Of a stretch of DNA of 64,000 nt, positions 61,088 to 64,000 are shown piece by piece; within the stretch, counting starts at the first letter, position 1; each line of letters begins with the position of its first letter. The notes beneath the pieces were generated by a model that ran no database searches, was not told the origin of the DNA, and saw only the letters and a program-made list of their open reading frames with translations. Source of the DNA: an uncultured Arcobacter sp. (GTDB taxonomy: Bacteria; Campylobacterota; Campylobacteria; Campylobacterales; Arcobacteraceae); NCBI GenBank assembly GCA_965140705.1, contig OZ223301.1:32001-96000 (forward strand). The letters run 5' to 3'. The translations under genes and the position numbers were made by a program.

Positions 61088-61483
61088 TGGTGGAGATGTG
61101 GAGAATTGAACTCCAGTCTTAAAACAGCTACTACCAGCGTCTACATGTTTAGAGGGGCTGAAAAATTTCACTTTGTAACAGCTCAACCCGCAAGGCGATC
61201 ACAAAGCTAAGATTTAGAATTTCTCAATAAAAGTCAATCAATCTTTTAAAGATAATCTATCTAGGGTGAACCAGCGATAATCTACATAGATAGAATCTGT
61301 AGTGCTAGCCTCCGAGACTCAAGCCGTTAGGCGAGTCAAAAGTAAGTTAAACTTACGCAGCTTTTGCGTAAGCTGGAGCGTAATTTGTATTATTTGCGTC
61401 TAAAAAAAATGAACCGTATAACGGCATGTTCAGGCCGACATGCAACCAATCCTCACTGCTCTAATCGATACCAAGTCATCCCC
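61088..61483 (-). ncRNA. ssrA: tmRNA
   Basis: Minus strand starts GGGGATG and ends GGAGTTCAATTCTCCACATCTCCACCA (T-arm, acceptor stem, CCA); internal tag ORF 61397-61353 reads ANNTNYAPAYAKAA*. Confidence 0.96.
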
Positions 61484-61628
61484 ATATCAAAGAAGAGAAG
61501 TATATCTTAAATTCCTTTAAATAAAATTTATATTTGTGTAATTAAATTTTAACCAAATTTTGGTAACCTTGTTGTTCTTTAACTATTATTTTAATATAAT
61601 ATTAACAATTTTAAAAGTAGAGGTTTTT

Positions 61629-62822
61629 ATGAAAAAAGGTATATTAATTATTGGTGCTGGTGGAGTTAGTCGGGTTGCAACTGTTAAGTGTGCGATGAAT
61701 ATAGATACATTTGAGAAAATTACATTAGCTTCAAGAACTATTTCAAAATGTGAATCAATTAGAGATGACATTTTAAAAAATCAAAATGTAGAGATCTCTG
61801 TAGCTTCTGTAGATGCTGATAGTGTTGATGATTTAGTAATACTTATTGAAAAAGTTAATCCAAAATTAGTTTTAAATGTGGCATTACCATATCAAGATTT
61901 AACAATCATGGATGCTTGTACAAAATGTGGTGTTGATTATGTGGATACTGCAAATTATGAACATCCAGATGTTGCAAAATTTGAATACAAAGAACAATGG
62001 GCAAGAAATAACCAGTTTAAAGATGCTGGTATTATGGGACTATTAGGTTCAGGATTTGACCCAGGTGTTACTGGTGTATTTTGTGCTTATGCTCAACAAA
62101 ATCTTTTTGATGAAATCCACTATATTGATATTATGGATTGTAATGCAGGTGATCATGGCTACCCTTTTGCTACAAACTTTAATCCAGAAATCAATCTTAG
62201 AGAGGTATCTGCAAATGGTAGGTATTGGGAAAATGGTGAATGGATAGAGACAAAACCACTAGAAATAAGAGTTGATCATGATTATCCTGAAGTTGGTGTA
62301 AAACCATCTTATCTTTTATACCATGAAGAGTTGGAATCATTGTCAAAAAATATTAAAGGTCTAAAAAGAATTAGATTCTTTATGACATTTGGTGATTCTT
62401 ATATACAACACATGAATTGTTTACAAAATGTAGGTATGTTAGGAATTGAACCTGTTATGCATAAAGGTGTAGAAATTATTCCAATAGAGTTTTTAACTAC
62501 ATTATTACCAGATCCTTCAAGTTTGGGACCAAGAACTGTTGGAAAAACAAATATTGGATGTATTATTGAAGGTATAAAAGATGGTAAAGCTAAAAAAGTT
62601 TATATTTATAATATTTGTGACCACCAAGAGTGTTATAGAGAAACAGGTGCACAAGCTGTAAGTTATACTACCGGAGTTCCTGCAATGATTGGTTCTAAAT
62701 TACTTTATAAAGGTGTTTGGAAAAACAAAGGTGTATTCAACATAGAAGAGTTTGATGCTAAACCATTTATGGATGAATTAATGGAACAAGGTCTTCCTTG
62801 GAAAATATTAGAATTAGAATAA
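61629..62822 (+). CDS. Carboxy(nor)spermidine dehydrogenase (saccharopine dehydrogenase family)
   Basis: Start reassigned to ATG 61629 (GAGG RBS); IIGAGGV, NVALPYQD, GSGFDPG, FATNFNPEINLRE; upstream of nspC. Confidence 0.9.
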   Translation: MKKGILIIGAGGVSRVATVKCAMNIDTFEKITLASRTISKCESIRDDILKNQNVEISVASVDADSVDDLVILIEKVNPKLVLNVALPYQDLTIMDACTKCGVDYVDTANYEHPDVAKFEYKEQWARNNQFKDAGIMGLLGSGFDPGVTGVFCAYAQQNLFDEIHYIDIMDCNAGDHGYPFATNFNPEINLREVSANGRYWENGEWIETKPLEIRVDHDYPEVGVKPSYLLYHEELESLSKNIKGLKRIRFFMTFGDSYIQHMNCLQNVGMLGIEPVMHKGVEIIPIEFLTTLLPDPSSLGPRTVGKTNIGCIIEGIKDGKAKKVYIYNICDHQECYRETGAQAVSYTTGVPAMIGSKLLYKGVWKNKGVFNIEEFDAKPFMDELMEQGLPWKILELE

Positions 62823-62932
62823 ATTTTTATTCTTTAGGCTTTGCTTCTTTAGATGGAATTTATTTCCATTGTTAAAAGAAGTTAAAAATATAAAGTTCCC
62901 TTGAAAAATGGAACATTTTTAAAGGAAAAATT

Positions 62933-63097
62933 ATGCAAAAATATATCTGTAAAGTATGTGATTATATATATGACCCAGCTATTGGTGATGAAGATAGTGG
63001 TATAGTTGCTGGAACTGCATTTGAAGATTTACCTGAAGATTGGGAATGTCCAGACTGTGGTGTAAGTAAAGAAGACTTTGAGCCATATAATGACTGA
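62933..63097 (+). CDS. Rubredoxin (54 aa; absent from the ORF track)
   Basis: [54 protein letters not shown], two CxxC knuckles; AAGGA RBS. Confidence 0.95.
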   Translation: MQKYICKVCDYIYDPAIGDEDSGIVAGTAFEDLPEDWECPDCGVSKEDFEPYND

Positions 63098-64000
63098 TAT
63101 TGTTAATTCTTTTGAAGAATTACCAAGTCCTTGTTTTGTATGTGAAGAAGAACTTTTAAAGAAAAACCTTGAACTTTTAAAAAAGATTCAAGATGAAGCA
63201 GATGTAAAAATTTTGCTTGCTTTAAAAGGTTTCTCTTTATATTCAACATTTGATTTATGTAAAGAGTATTTACAAGGGTGTTGTGCTTCTGGATTACATG
63301 AAGCATTATTGGCATCTAAAGAGTTTGGAAGAGAAGTTCATACTTATTCTCCTGCTTTTAAAGAAGAAGAAGTTGATGAAATAGTATCTTTATCAAATCA
63401 CATTGTATTTAACTCAATTACTCAATTAAAAAAATTTGAAAACAAAGCTATAGGTCAAACTTCTATTGGACTTAGAGTAAATCCAGAGTACTCTTCTGTT
63501 GAGGTTGATTTATATAATCCTTGTGGAGCATTTTCAAGACTTGGGATTACAAGAAAAAATTTTGACAAAGATGCTATTTTTAATGTAGAAGGTCTTCATT
63601 TTCATGCTCTTTGTGAGCAAAATGTAGATGCATTAGAGGGTGCTTTAAAAAGTTTTGAAGAAAAATTTGGTGAGTTTTTACCTAAAATGAAATGGGTAAA
63701 CTTTGGTGGTGGGCACCATATTACAAGAGCTGATTATGATGTAAATGGATTAGTTACTCTTTTGAAAGAGTTTAAAATAAGATATCCACATTTAGAAGTT
63801 TATTTAGAACCAGGTGAAGCAGTAGGTTGGAAAACAGGATACTTAAGTGCTACAGTTTTAGATATTGTAAATAATGGTATGGATATAGCTATTTTAGATA
63901 CTTCAGCAGAAGCTCATATGCCAGATACTCTTGCTATGCCATATAGAGCAGATATAAGAAATAGTGCAGAATTTGGTGTTAAAAAGTATACTTATAGATT
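63090..64000 (+). CDS. nspC: Carboxy(nor)spermidine decarboxylase (3'-truncated by window edge; absent from the ORF track)
   Basis: [23 protein letters not shown]...LLALKGFS...GLRVNPE...LYNPC...SRLG...[10 protein letters not shown]...NFGGGHHIT...EPGEA. Confidence 0.93.
   Translation, partial: MTDIVNSFEELPSPCFVCEEELLKKNLELLKKIQDEADVKILLALKGFSLYSTFDLCKEYLQGCCASGLHEALLASKEFGREVHTYSPAFKEEEVDEIVSLSNHIVFNSITQLKKFENKAIGQTSIGLRVNPEYSSVEVDLYNPCGAFSRLGITRKNFDKDAIFNVEGLHFHALCEQNVDALEGALKSFEEKFGEFLPKMKWVNFGGGHHITRADYDVNGLVTLLKEFKIRYPHLEVYLEPGEAVGWKTGYLSATVLDIVNNGMDIAILDTSAEAHMPDTLAMPYRADIRNSAEFGVKKYTYR

Noticed and set aside
61076..61100. Prophage or island integrated at the tmRNA 3' end
   Set aside because: No integrase or duplicated att sequence seen; the diguanylate cyclase gene ends 11 nt away.
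61088..61120. tRNA gene on the minus strand
   Set aside because: The T-arm and CCA end belong to tmRNA; the matching 5' end is about 395 nt away with a tag ORF in between.
1393..63315. Short antisense or alternate-frame ORFs from the track (e.g. 1393-1590, 13034-13411, 25616-26014, 44259-44585, 48555-48929, 54046-54534, 63103-63315)
   Set aside because: They overlap well-supported genes, lack recognisable motifs and look like shadow ORFs.
1..64000. Phase-variable homopolymer tracts
   Set aside because: No long poly-G or poly-C tracts seen; A/T runs of 7-9 nt are expected at this base composition.

Overview
Very AT-rich bacterial chromosomal segment, most consistent with Campylobacterota and probably Arcobacteraceae. 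This is inferred from the tmRNA tag ANNTNYAPAYAKAA, the FliY-type switch protein, TPR motility proteins and TGnTATAAT promoters. Bases 1-28300 are one co-directional flagellar gene cluster (fliF to flhA) with two tandem flgE-like hook genes and a FliK carrying a near-perfect 165-bp tandem repeat. Next come batD-like, adaptor and MFS genes, a MerR-family regulator divergent from a complete ectABCD-ask hydroxyectoine operon, bioD, clpSA, a cytochrome c lipoprotein with an FTR-rhodanese fusion, a J-domain/LRR gene pair, ruvB, panB, trpA, an Arg/Leu-tRNA-protein transferase, feoAB-fur, a signalling cluster, a DEAD-box helicase, a diguanylate cyclase, tmRNA and a carboxy(nor)spermidine operon with an embedded rubredoxin. 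The most unusual element is a ~1.2-kb islet between panB and trpA. There an orphan RHS-type toxin tip and a putative immunity gene are bracketed closely by two related GGGG-W-C-A-G-W-C-(C/G)-CC palindromes and followed by a truncated REP-associated tyrosine transposase (RAYT), suggesting a RAYT/palindrome-delimited toxin-immunity cassette. All calls come from reading the sequence and motifs; no database searches were run.
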